A stretch of DNA of 64,000 nt from Acidobacteriota bacterium (GTDB taxonomy: Bacteria; Acidobacteriota; UBA890; WLXD01), in contig CAXWPL010000004.1 of NCBI GenBank assembly GCA_963666215.2, forward strand, positions 512,001-576,000, written 5' to 3'. Shown here in pieces: positions 53,740 through 63,700 of the stretch. Each line of letters opens with the position of its first letter. Positions within the stretch are counted from its first letter, which is position 1. Both the position numbers and the translations under genes were made by a program. The notes under the pieces were generated by a model. It searched no databases, was not told where the DNA came from, and saw nothing but the letters and a program-made list of their open reading frames with translations.

Positions 53740-53882
53740 GCGCAGAGGAGGAAGAAAGTCGTTCACGTCGCCAGCCGCGCTCGTCTTGTTGACATTGCCG
53801 GCTTGGAACCGGACACGGAGGTCCAGCCCCCTCCGGGGCCGCCGGGTTGGCGTGAACAGGTTCAATTAGGTTCAGGACCTAG

Positions 53883-55207
53883 CAGGCTGCTGAAAAACTC
53901 CTAGCGTTCATGTAGCTTGACCCATGCAGCCCCGTGCCAACCGGAAGCATCGACGAGGTGAGCAGATGCGTGGTGAAGACGCGGGTCAAGTGGCAGCGTT
54001 CAGCTATATCTCGCCCGAGCAGAGGGTACCGAAGGACCATCCGCTGCGGCGGCTGCTGAAGATCGTCAACAACGTGCTGGAACAGATGTCGCCACTGTTC
54101 GCCGGCATGTACTCGCACACGGGGCGGCCGTCGATCCCGCCGGAGAAGCTGTTGCGGGCATTGCTGCTGCAGGTGCTGTATACGATCCGCTCCGAGCGCA
54201 TGCTGATGGAGCAGCTCGACTACAACCTGCTATTCCGCTGGTTCGTGGGCTTGAACATGGACGATGCGGTGTGGGATGCGACGGTGTTCACCAAGAACCG
54301 AGACCGGGTGCTCGGTGGTGAGGTCGCCGAAGTGTTCTTCGAGCAAGTCGTGGAGCAAGCGCGCAGGCGCGGACTGCTATCGGACGAGCACTTCACCGTT
54401 GATGGAACGCTGATCGAAGCGTGGGCATCGCACAAGAGCTACCAGCCCAAAGACCCGAGCGGGCGGCAGGATCCACCCAGTGGTGGCGGCCGGAACCCGG
54501 ACGTCGATTTCCGCAAACAGCGGCGCAAGAGCGATACACACGCCTCGAGAACCGATCCTGACGCCCGCCTGTATAGGAAGAGCAAGGGATCCGAGGCGAA
54601 GCTCTGCTACATGGGCCACCTGGTAGTCGACAACCGCCACGGGCTGCCGACCAACGCGATGGTAACGAAGGCTTCAGGCACAGCGGAACGAGATGCGGCA
54701 GTGGCGATGGCCGGCGAGATCCCCGGGACAGATCGCGTGACTATGGGTGGCGACAAGAACTACGACACCAAGGAGTGCGTCGGCAAGCTGAGAGATCGGA
54801 ACGTAACGCCGTATGTGGCGCAGAACGACACCAACAGACGCAGCGCGATCGATGGCCGCACCACGAGGCACGCCGGGTACAAGCAAAGCCAGGTCAAACG
54901 CAAGCTCGTCGAGCAGGTCTTTGGCTGGGGCAAGACAGTAGGACTGATCCGCCAGACGAAGCACCGAGGGGTCGACCGCGTCGGCTGGATGTTCGTCTTC
55001 ACCGCGGCAGCGTTCACCTTGGTGAGAATGCGCAATCTCGAGGCGCTGACGTGAAGGTAGTGGGACCCGGGAGCGCCAAACCGCCTCTCGAGGTGACGAG
55101 CGAAGGGTCGTTTGCGATCGCCCCCCTTCAACGGTGCGCGCCATGCCTACTCCACGCTGCCGCTCGGGGACCGGATCGACACTCGTGAGCCGTTTTTCAG
55201 CAGCCTG
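53883..55207 (+). mobile_element. IS5-family insertion sequence
   Basis: Perfect 16-bp IRs CAGGCTGCTGAAAAAC / GTTTTTCAGCAGCCTG; CTAG duplicated at 53879-53882 and 55208-55211. Confidence 0.95.
53966..55054 (+). CDS. IS5-family transposase
   Basis: GRPSIPPEKLLRALLLQ, SERMLMEQLDYNLLFRWFVGL, VDGTLIEAWAS, GGDKNYD, VEQVFGW. Confidence 0.95.
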   Translation: MRGEDAGQVAAFSYISPEQRVPKDHPLRRLLKIVNNVLEQMSPLFAGMYSHTGRPSIPPEKLLRALLLQVLYTIRSERMLMEQLDYNLLFRWFVGLNMDDAVWDATVFTKNRDRVLGGEVAEVFFEQVVEQARRRGLLSDEHFTVDGTLIEAWASHKSYQPKDPSGRQDPPSGGGRNPDVDFRKQRRKSDTHASRTDPDARLYRKSKGSEAKLCYMGHLVVDNRHGLPTNAMVTKASGTAERDAAVAMAGEIPGTDRVTMGGDKNYDTKECVGKLRDRNVTPYVAQNDTNRRSAIDGRTTRHAGYKQSQVKRKLVEQVFGWGKTVGLIRQTKHRGVDRVGWMFVFTAAAFTLVRMRNLEALT

Positions 55208-55258
55208 CTAGTGGGTGCAAGCCCGTGGGGGTTCAAGTCCCTCCTTGGGCACTCGGTT

Positions 55259-55271
55259 CAAGTCATTGATA
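55259..55271 (-). promoter_or_regulatory. IHF consensus site next to the tRNA-Leu att core
   Basis: CAAGTCATTGATA is the reverse complement of TATCAATGACTTG (WATCARNNNNTTR). Confidence 0.55.
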
Positions 55272-55368
55272 TAAAAGCCTCGGAGATTCCGGGTGTGTTC
55301 ATTGGCGGCTACGCAAGTCCGGGCGGAATCCGTCGGGCGCGTTACAGGGACTCAGAGGTCAGAACAAC

Positions 55369-56202
55369 TCATTGGCCGACAACCCGAAGGGAGAGCTGCT
55401 TCGCCGGCAGTTCGAGAACGCCCGCCAGTTGCTCGGCGAACGCAGTTAGTTGCTTTCGCAGGGCGTCAGTGTCCCCAGAGCCTTTCCCTTCACCCAACCA
55501 GTGTGCGGCCAGTACGACATCTGCGTGGAATCTCGATTCGCCCTTGACCCCGGTGTGCTTCAGCGGGGGGCAAGTCAGGCGCCAAGCGCCCGGTAGATGC
55601 TCCTTCAGTAGCTTGTCGAATCGCTGGCCGACCCGATTTCCTGGATCCAGGTTCAGCGCGAACAACAGCACTGCGGCACGCTTGGCCATCTTGGCCATCA
55701 GCGGTACGATCGTCGGTGCTCGACGAAGTAGGAACTCGGAATAGGGATCAATGAGCACCAAGTCGCCGTCCTTTGCGTTGGGGATCACGTCGTTCTCGAA
55801 CGCCGCGTAGCCGTCGGACAGATCAGCGTTCGGGAAATCCTCTGTGATCAAGGACAAACCGGAATCGCGGAGCAGCTCGCGGTGCCCCTGATCCCGATCG
55901 GTGGTCAAGACGCGCACAGTGCCGCACTCGGTTGCCTTGCCCACGTTCCGGACCACCCAGCCACTGCCATAGTAGCGGCCGTGCTCGATGCTGGTTTGGG
56001 CCGCACGAAGTACGCATGCCGACCCGAGGCCCCGAACGCGCCTCGCAACTTTGCAGCAAACGGGTTCCTCCCAAGGCTTGCCACCGAACAGGTCAATGAA
56101 ACGTAGCGCGACGCCCTGTTCGCATTGCCAACGGACAACCTCCGCGAGGACGCCGTGCTTCAACAGATCGCCGGCATTCCCCATGTCGTACAGAAAAGTC
56201 AT
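55369..56202 (-). CDS. RlmJ-like putative adenine-N6 methyltransferase, divergent
   Basis: MGNAGDLLKHGVL (cf. RlmJ AGNHADVLKH), FIDLFGG, YYGS (cf. YPGS), LVLIDPY (cf. IDPPY). Confidence 0.6.
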   Translation of the reverse strand: MTFLYDMGNAGDLLKHGVLAEVVRWQCEQGVALRFIDLFGGKPWEEPVCCKVARRVRGLGSACVLRAAQTSIEHGRYYGSGWVVRNVGKATECGTVRVLTTDRDQGHRELLRDSGLSLITEDFPNADLSDGYAAFENDVIPNAKDGDLVLIDPYSEFLLRRAPTIVPLMAKMAKRAAVLLFALNLDPGNRVGQRFDKLLKEHLPGAWRLTCPPLKHTGVKGESRFHADVVLAAHWLGEGKGSGDTDALRKQLTAFAEQLAGVLELPAKQLSLRVVGQ

Positions 56203-56456
56203 TGGCGGTTGGGCAGGTGGCGCGTTAGCGCCATCGTAGGGGCAGCGGCAACAACGGAATCGTAACCGTGTGCGACCAAGAACTGCACTACTAGACCCCC
56301 TATTCGGCTTTGATCATCTTGGATTCTTCCCTATGGTCGTGCCTGGCAAAAGGTAGCGACCGGGTCTTGTATCGCAACCGCACCAGCACGTGACCGTTGC
56401 TGGAGCGAGGGACGAGCTCCTCTTGGCTAGCGAGCTCAACCACAGGAGAGGCAAGC

Positions 56457-57209
56457 GTGAACGACACGGGGGGCGCGGCCCCTGGCTCCATCCATTCGTT
56501 GGTTCCCGACCCGGAGGCCATGCTCGCGCTTGAGCCCGAGGAGCTCGCCGGTGTCCTGATGGAACACCTCAACTCTCTCCCTGCCTCCGAACAGAGAAGC
56601 CTAAACCGATACAACTTCAGTCTCCGGCACACAGTTCGAGACTATCCAGAGGACGCGCAGGACGAGCTGAGTCTGGCCCTTATGGAGGCGTGGGTCTGGC
56701 TTGAACGTGAGGGGCTCCTGGTGCCGAAGCCTGGGTCCGCGGGTGAGTCGGTAGTCATCTCGCGACGCGGTCAACGGCTGCGGACACGCGATCAGGTGCG
56801 CTCTTACCGTTGTGCGAACCTGCTTCCGCGTGGCCAGCTTCATCCGAGAATCGCGCAGAAGGTGTGGGCGTTGTTCCTCAGGGGCGACTACGATACGGCG
56901 GTGTTTCAGGCATTCAAAGAGGTCGAAGTGCGGGTCCGGGAGGCCGCGGAATGTGCAGACACGGACATCGGAGTCGCTTTGATGCGGAAGGCGTTCGTGA
57001 CAGGCGGTGCTCTGGCGGACGCTGAGGCGCCGAAGGCGGAGCAGGATGCGCTCGCTCATCTTTTTGCCGGCGCCATCGGGTCCTACAAGAACCCCCATAG
57101 CCACCGTAGCGTGACCATCGAACGAGCCGAGGCCGTGGAGATGATAGTGCTAGCCAGTCACCTACTCGGCATTGTGGACAAGCGTTCAGCCGACGATTCG
57201 GATGCTTAG
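56457..57209 (+). CDS. TIGR02391 / Ymh-family (HEPN-like) protein
   Basis: LHPRI..LFLRGDYDTAVFQAFKEVEVRVRE..GVALMRKAF..LFAGAIGSYKNPHSHR. Confidence 0.85.
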   Translation: MNDTGGAAPGSIHSLVPDPEAMLALEPEELAGVLMEHLNSLPASEQRSLNRYNFSLRHTVRDYPEDAQDELSLALMEAWVWLEREGLLVPKPGSAGESVVISRRGQRLRTRDQVRSYRCANLLPRGQLHPRIAQKVWALFLRGDYDTAVFQAFKEVEVRVREAAECADTDIGVALMRKAFVTGGALADAEAPKAEQDALAHLFAGAIGSYKNPHSHRSVTIERAEAVEMIVLASHLLGIVDKRSADDSDA

Positions 57210-57317
57210 CCAAGCCGCGCACCTGGCGGCACCGGGGGCCTGCGCTGAACTGTCGCGAAGGATGATGCTGATCCCCGACACGAATCCCTTAGCCGCAGCC
57301 GAGGTCTTGGACACGAC

Positions 57318-59447
57318 ATGAACCACAGCGAGATCACGAGCTTCATCTGGGGCGTGGCGGACCTGATCCGTGACACCTTCAAGCGAGGCAAGTACCAGGA
57401 CGTGATCCTGCCGCTCACCGTGCTGCGGCGCCTCGACTGCGTGCTGGCCCCCACCAAAGGGCAGGTGCTGGCGGTCCAGGCCAAGTACCGGGGCAGGATC
57501 GAGAACCTCGAGCCGCAGCTTCGACGCGCCTCCGGCTTCGCGTTCTACAACACCTCCCGCTACGACTTCGATAAGCTCCTCGCCGACGCGTCCCACATCG
57601 CTCAGAACCTGCGTAACTACATCGCAGGGTTCAGCTCCAACATGCGTGAGGTGCTGGAGAAGTTCGACTTCGACAACACCATCGCCAAGCTCGACGAGGC
57701 GGGACTCCTGTTCCAGGTCGTGCAGCGGTTCGGCGATCCGAAGGTGAATCTGCACCCGGACCTGGTCGACAACTTCACGATGGGCACGATCTTCGAGGAG
57801 CTCATCCGGAAGTTCAACGAGGCGCTGAACGAAAACCCAGGGGAGCACTTCACTCCCCGCGACGTTGTCCATCTCATGGTGGACCTGTTGCTGGCTGGCG
57901 ACGAGCAACGGCTGCGCACCAAAGGGGTCGTGCTGAGCGTCTACGACCCGTGCTGTGGGTCGGGCGGCATGCTCACCATCGCCAAGGAGCACATCAACGT
58001 CGGAGAAAGGCGCGAGGGCGAACTCTGCGGCAGCGCCGTGAACCCTGATGCCGACATTCACCTGTTCGGCCAGGAGGTGAACCCGGAGACCTTCGGCATC
58101 TGCAAGTCCGACCTGTTCATGAAGTCGGAAGACGGCCGCGACGCGGACAACGTCCTGTTCGGCAGCACGCTCTCCAACGACCGGCACGCCAGCACAACGT
58201 TCGACTACATGATCGCCAATCCACCCTACGGCAAGGACTGGAAGCGCGACCAGGACGCGGTGCGAGCCGAGCACGACCGGGGAGACGCCGGCCGCTTCGG
58301 TGCGGGGTTGCCGCGGATAAGCGATGGCCAGCTGCTGTTCCTGCTGCACATGCTCGCGCACTCCAAGGAGCAAGCTCAGGGCGGCTCGCGGGTCGCGATC
58401 ATCATGAACGGCTCGCCGCTCTTCACCGGCGATGCGGGCAGCGGTGAGAGCGAGATCCGCCGCTGGATCCTCGAGAACGATCTGCTGGAAGCGCTGATCG
58501 CACTGCCCGAGCAGCTGTTCTACAACACGGGCATCGCGACCTACGTCTGGGTGCTCACGAACCGGAAACGGCCTGAGCGACGCGGCAGAGTCCAGATCAT
58601 CGACGCCACCTCGTTCTGGGTCCCACTGCGCAAGAGTCTGGGTGCGAAGCGTCGCGAGGTTCCGGTCGAGCGAAAGGAGGAGGTCCTGGGGCTGCTGGCG
58701 GAGTTCGAGGATGGCGCGACCCGCAAGGTCTCCCAGGACGGCGAAGAGCACGAGGTTGTCGTCAGCCGCGTCTATCCGACCACGCACTTCGGCTTCCGCA
58801 AGATCACGGTGGAGCGTCCGCTGCGGCTCGACTTCCAGGCCAGCCCCGAACGGATCGCACGGCTCGAAGAGGAGCGCGCTTTCGTGAGCCTGGCGGTGTC
58901 ACGCAAGAAGGGCGAAGCGAAAGCGAAGGACGAGGAGGCGGGCCGGAAGCAGCAGGCCGAGATCCGGGCCCTGCTGAAGAATCTATCGGCCAAGCTGTTC
59001 CTGGAGCGTGCGGTCTTCGAGGACGAGTTTTCCCAGGCGGCCCAAGAAGCGAAGCTCAAGCTAGCTGCTCCCATCAAGAAGGCAATTTTCTCCGCGTTGT
59101 CTGAGCGCAACGACGAGGCAGAGATCTGCCGGGACCGGGAGGGTCGCCCTGAGCCTGATCCCCAGCTTCGCGACACGGAGAGCGTGCCCCTCCTGGAGGA
59201 TGTTGAGTCGTTCTTCGAGCGGGAGGTGAAGCCGCACGTTCCCGACGCCTGGATCGACACGAAACGCCGGGATGCGCGGGATGGACAGGTCGGGCTCGTG
59301 GGCTACGAGATCAACTTCAACCGGTACTTCTACGAGTACCGACCACCCCGCCCGCTGGAGGAGGTACAAGCCGACATCCGCGCCATCGAGAGAGAAATCG
59401 TCGAGGCTCTGGGTACCTTGACGAAGTCATCGGGGACAACGATGTGA
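57318..59447 (+). CDS. hsdM: Type I restriction-modification methyltransferase subunit
   Basis: ILPLTVLRRLDC, GEHFTPR, YDPCCGSGGML, ANPPY, FYNTGI, VGYEINFNRYFY. Confidence 0.95.
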   Translation: MNHSEITSFIWGVADLIRDTFKRGKYQDVILPLTVLRRLDCVLAPTKGQVLAVQAKYRGRIENLEPQLRRASGFAFYNTSRYDFDKLLADASHIAQNLRNYIAGFSSNMREVLEKFDFDNTIAKLDEAGLLFQVVQRFGDPKVNLHPDLVDNFTMGTIFEELIRKFNEALNENPGEHFTPRDVVHLMVDLLLAGDEQRLRTKGVVLSVYDPCCGSGGMLTIAKEHINVGERREGELCGSAVNPDADIHLFGQEVNPETFGICKSDLFMKSEDGRDADNVLFGSTLSNDRHASTTFDYMIANPPYGKDWKRDQDAVRAEHDRGDAGRFGAGLPRISDGQLLFLLHMLAHSKEQAQGGSRVAIIMNGSPLFTGDAGSGESEIRRWILENDLLEALIALPEQLFYNTGIATYVWVLTNRKRPERRGRVQIIDATSFWVPLRKSLGAKRREVPVERKEEVLGLLAEFEDGATRKVSQDGEEHEVVVSRVYPTTHFGFRKITVERPLRLDFQASPERIARLEEERAFVSLAVSRKKGEAKAKDEEAGRKQQAEIRALLKNLSAKLFLERAVFEDEFSQAAQEAKLKLAAPIKKAIFSALSERNDEAEICRDREGRPEPDPQLRDTESVPLLEDVESFFEREVKPHVPDAWIDTKRRDARDGQVGLVGYEINFNRYFYEYRPPRPLEEVQADIRAIEREIVEALGTLTKSSGTTM

Positions 59448-60700
59448 TCAGCGAGTCTCCAGCAACACCTCGCTACCCGAAGTACCGCAGCGCGGGCATC
59501 GAGTGGTTAGAAGAAATCCCCAGCCACTGGGATGTGAGCCCTTTGTTCTTGGTCTCTAAGGAGAACGACGCCCGTAACCACCAACAGGTCGAGAGCAATG
59601 TACTTTCCCTGTCGTATGGTCGAATCGTGCGCCGAGATGTGAGCCTCCATCACGGTCTCCTACCGGAGTCTTTCGAGACGTACCAGGTATTGCAGCCTGG
59701 CGATATTGTCCTGCGCTTGACGGATCTTCAGAACGACAAGCGGAGCCTGCGCGTTGGGCTTGTTCCCGAGCCGGGGATCATCACGTCCGCATACGTTGGG
59801 TTAAGTCTCCGCGATTCACTGGAGTCGCGGTTCGCCTACTATCTGCTGCACTCCTACGACGTGACGAAGGTCTTCTACCGGCTGGGCGGAGGTGTCCGGC
59901 AAACGATGAAGTTCGCGGATCTAAGACGCCTCCCTATCGTTCTTCCGCCAGCCCAGGAACAGCACGCCATCGCCGATTTCCTGGACCGCGAGACGGCGAA
60001 GATCGATGGGTTGGTGGCGAGCAAGGAGCGGCTGATCGAGCTACTTCAGGAGAAACGCACCGCCCTGATCACCTCTGCCGTCACCCGAGGCCTGGACCCG
60101 AACGTCCCCATGAAGGATTCCGGCATCGAGTGGCTGGGGGAGATCCCGGCGCATTGGGAGGTAATCCGCACAAGATTCCTCTGCGACATGACCACAGGGG
60201 ACAAGGACACGCAGGACGCGATGGAGGAAGGGGAGTATCCCTTTTTTGTCAGATCCGACAACGTCGAACGTCTACCCACCTATACATTCGACGGTGAAGG
60301 GGTCCTTACGTCGGGTGACGGCGCTGGCGTGGGCAAGATATTCCATCACTACATTGGCAAGTTTGATTTCCATCAACGAGTCTACTTGTTCTGTCATTTT
60401 CGGCGCGTTGTAGGGCGCTTCTTCTACTATTTCGTCAAAGCCAATCTCTGCAAAGTCGTTCTGGCCCTCTCGGCTAAATCCACCGTTGACTCGTTAAGGC
60501 GACCAATGCTCCAGGACTTCCCGGTCGCGGTCGGGCCCGAGCAAGCAGAGATCGTCGCGTTCCTCGATAGAGAGACGGAGAACATCGACGCCCTCACCGC
60601 CAAAGCCCACCAAGCCATCGCCCTGCTCAAAGAATTCCGCACCGCGCTGATCTCCGCAGCGGTCACCGGCAAGATCGACGTCCGGGGACAAGCGGCATGA
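59444..60700 (+). CDS. hsdS: Type I restriction-modification specificity subunit
   Basis: Two (S/A)GIEWL.EIP.HW repeats, EQ..I..FLDRET..ID, ALISAAVTGKIDV; TRDs have lower GC. Confidence 0.95.
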   Translation: MISESPATPRYPKYRSAGIEWLEEIPSHWDVSPLFLVSKENDARNHQQVESNVLSLSYGRIVRRDVSLHHGLLPESFETYQVLQPGDIVLRLTDLQNDKRSLRVGLVPEPGIITSAYVGLSLRDSLESRFAYYLLHSYDVTKVFYRLGGGVRQTMKFADLRRLPIVLPPAQEQHAIADFLDRETAKIDGLVASKERLIELLQEKRTALITSAVTRGLDPNVPMKDSGIEWLGEIPAHWEVIRTRFLCDMTTGDKDTQDAMEEGEYPFFVRSDNVERLPTYTFDGEGVLTSGDGAGVGKIFHHYIGKFDFHQRVYLFCHFRRVVGRFFYYFVKANLCKVVLALSAKSTVDSLRRPMLQDFPVAVGPEQAEIVAFLDRETENIDALTAKAHQAIALLKEFRTALISAAVTGKIDVRGQAA

Positions 60701-63700
60701 GCCCGGAGGTCTCCGAGCAGGCCTTCGAGGAGGCGATCGAATGCGCGCTGCTGCGAGACGGACTCGACGCGCGCCCGCACGATGCGACGGCAGTGAGCGA
60801 GTCGCCGCCCGAACACGACGATGAGCCGGTGCCGGGCGGCTACCGCAAGCGTCGGCCGGAGGACTACGACCGCGGCCTCTGCCTGATTCCGACCGACGTC
60901 GTCGACTTCCTCCTGGCCACCCAGCCCAAGGAGTGGGACAAGCTCAAGCAGCACCACGGCGCTCACGTGAAGGTGCGCTTCCTGAGCCGGCTGTCGCGCG
61001 AGATCGGCCGGCGGGGGGCACTCGATGTACTCCGCAATGGCGTCAAGGACTCAGGCTGCAGGTTCCGGCTCGCTTACTTCCGGCCCGCGAGCGGGCTCAA
61101 CGAACAGCTGCAGCGCCTTCACGCGGCCAACCTCTTTTCCGTATCCCGCCAGCTTCGCTTCAGCGAGCAGAGCGAGGAGAGCCTCGATCTCGCGCTGTTT
61201 TTGAACGGCATCCCCATCTTCACGGCCGAGCTCAAGAACCCGCTCAACGGCCAGGACGTGCAGGATGCCATCCGGCAGTATCGGCACGACCGTGACCCGC
61301 GGGAGCCGCTCCTGTCCTACGGGCGCTGCCTTGCCCACTTCGCCGTGGACCCGGAGCTGGTGTTCGTGACGACGCAGCTGTCCGGGCCCGGGACTCGTTT
61401 TCTACCCTTCAACCAGGGGCGCTTCGGCGGCGCGGGGAACCCACCGGTCCCGCCCACCCGTCCGGGCTTTCCGACCGACTACCTGTGGGAGCAGATCTGG
61501 GCCCGGGACAGTGTCCTGGACCTGCTCCGTCAGTTCATTCACGAGGTGCAGGAGGAGGACGATGCCGGACGCAAGACCGGCAAGCGCTTCCTGATCTTCC
61601 CGCGCTACCAGCAGCTGGACTGCGTGCGCCGCCTTGTGCGCCATGCGCGAGAGCACGGCACCGGCGAGCGCTATCTGATCCAGCACTCTGCGGGCAGCGG
61701 CAAGAGCTTCACGATCGCCTGGCTCGCCCACCAGCTCTCGGTGCTGCATGACCGAGAGGACCGGCGTGTGTTCGACTCGGTCATCGTGGTGACCGATCGG
61801 CGGGTGCTCGATCGCCAGTTGCAGCGCACCATCCGGCAGTTCGAGCAGACCCTCGGCGTGGTGGAAAACATCGACCAGACCTCCCGCCAGCTGCGCGAGG
61901 CTCTCGAGGCTGGCCGGACGATCATCGTCACCACGCTGCAGAAGTTTCCGGTGATCGCCGAGCAGATCGGCCAGCTCCCCGGCCAGCGCTTCGGAGTCAT
62001 CGTGGACGAGGCACATTCGTCGCAGTCTGGCGAAAGCACCAAGAGCCTCAAGGCGGTGCTCAGAGCAGGGAGCTCTGGAGCAGGCCGAACAAGAGGAAGT
62101 GGGTGCGCAGACCCCCGAAGAGGAGATCGACAACCGGGTCCTCGATGAGATCCAAAGCCGCGGACGGCAGCCGAACCTCTCGACGTTCGCCTTCACGGCG
62201 ACCCCGAAGCCCAAGACGCTGGAGCTGTTCGGCCACAAGCGGCCGGACGGGAAGTTCGAGCCCTTCCACCTTTACAGCATGCGCCAGGCGATCCAGGAGA
62301 GGTTCATCCTCGATGTGCTCGCCAACTACACCACCTACAAGGCCTACTGGCGCCTGCTGAAGAAGATCGAGCAGGATCCGCGGTACGACAAGAGCCAAGC
62401 GGAGTACCTGCTCAAGTCCTTCGTTGAGCTGCACCCGCATGCCATCCGCGACAAGATCGCCATCTGCGTGGAGCATTTCGCCGCGCAGGTCGCACGTGAG
62501 ATCCGCGGGCGGGCCAAGGCGATGATCGTGACGCGCTCGCGCCTCCATGCAGTGCGCACCAAGCTCGCTCTGGATCAGTATCTGGCCGACAAGGGCCATC
62601 CGTACAAGGCGCTCGTCGCCTTTTCCGGAACGGTGAAGGACCGTGGCGCCTCCTACACGGAATCGGGCATGAACTCCGCCGGGCAGGAGCGAGTGATCGG
62701 CGAGCGGCAGACGGCAGCCGAGTTTGACACGCCTCAGTGCCGCTTCCTGGTGGTCGCCAACAAGTTCCAGACCGGATTCGATCAGCCACTGCTGCACACG
62801 ATGTACGTGGACAAGAAGCTCGGTGGCGTGAACGCGGTCCAGACGCTGTCCCGCCTGAACCGCACCCACCCCGGCAAGAAGGGTGCGATGGTGCTCGACT
62901 TCGCCAACGAGGCCGAGGAGATCCGGAAAGCCTTCGAGCCGTACTACGAGACCACCCTGCTTTCCGAGGAGACCGACCCCAACCTGCTGTACGAGGTCCA
63001 GGGCAGACTATTCAACTACGGTGTGTTCGCGGCCGACGACGTCGATGCCTTCGGGCGGGTGTACTTCGACCCCAAGGGCACCCAGGACCGGCTGTACGCG
63101 GCACTGGAGCCGGCGCGACAGCGGTTTAACTGAGCTTGGTCCCGAGGAAGGAAGCGACTTCCGCGGCCAGCTCACCGACTACGCACGCCTGTACGCGTTC
63201 CTGTCCCAGGTGCTGACATTCGCCGACCCCGACCTCGAGAAGCTCTACGTCTTTGCCCGGCACCTCAGGCGCCTGCTGCCGGCCAGCCGTGAGGAGTTAC
63301 CTCTCGAGGTGCAGCAGAACATCGACATGGAGTCCTTCCGCATCCAGCAGACGAGCCAGGGACCGATCGCGCTGGAGCGGCAGGCCTGGCCGCTCGACCC
63401 TGCCGGGAGCAAGCCGCACAGTGGGGCCGGCGCGCAGGAGTTGGAGGCGCTCTCGCGCATCATCGAGGCGCTCAACGAGCGTTTCGGCCTGGACCTCGGC
63501 CCCGAGCACCGCGTCGCGCTCGAGCGCATCCGGTTGGCCCTGGACGAGGACGACGGGCTGGAGGCCAGCGCCCGGGTGAACACGCGCGAGAACGTGCGGC
63601 TGACCTTCGACCCCAAGGTTGAGGACAAGTTCCAGGAGTTCGTCGAGACCAACTTCGAGCTGTACAAGCGCATCACCGACGATGCGGACTTCGGCGGGGC

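Larger units (their letters stand above)
44207..55251. mobile_element. Integrated phage-satellite-like composite element (right boundary uncertain)
   Basis: int, XRE pair, xis, helicase, iterons, terS, terL, alpA and primase-helicase between tRNA-Arg and a tRNA-Leu 3' fragment; no structural genes seen. Confidence 0.75.
53866..55251 (+). other. 3' half of tRNA-Leu(CAG) (att core) interrupted by IS5
   Basis: With the IS removed: TTAGG-TTCAGGA-CCTAG, variable arm TGGGTGCAAGCCCGT, GGGGG-TTCAAGT-CCCTC, CTTGGGC-A; no D-arm or 5' acceptor strand upstream. Confidence 0.85.

Noticed and set aside
50479-53744. terL repeat pair as a DGR template/variable repeat
   Set aside because: No reverse transcriptase is present, and the differences are largely synonymous and not adenine-specific.
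55300-57317. Integron cassette array
   Set aside because: Only isolated GTTRRRY-like words; no paired attC structure or integron integrase.
63131-63133. TGA in hsdR (and TGA ~17263 in DUF763) as selenocysteine
   Set aside because: Homology continues in a different frame, so these are frameshifts rather than read-through.
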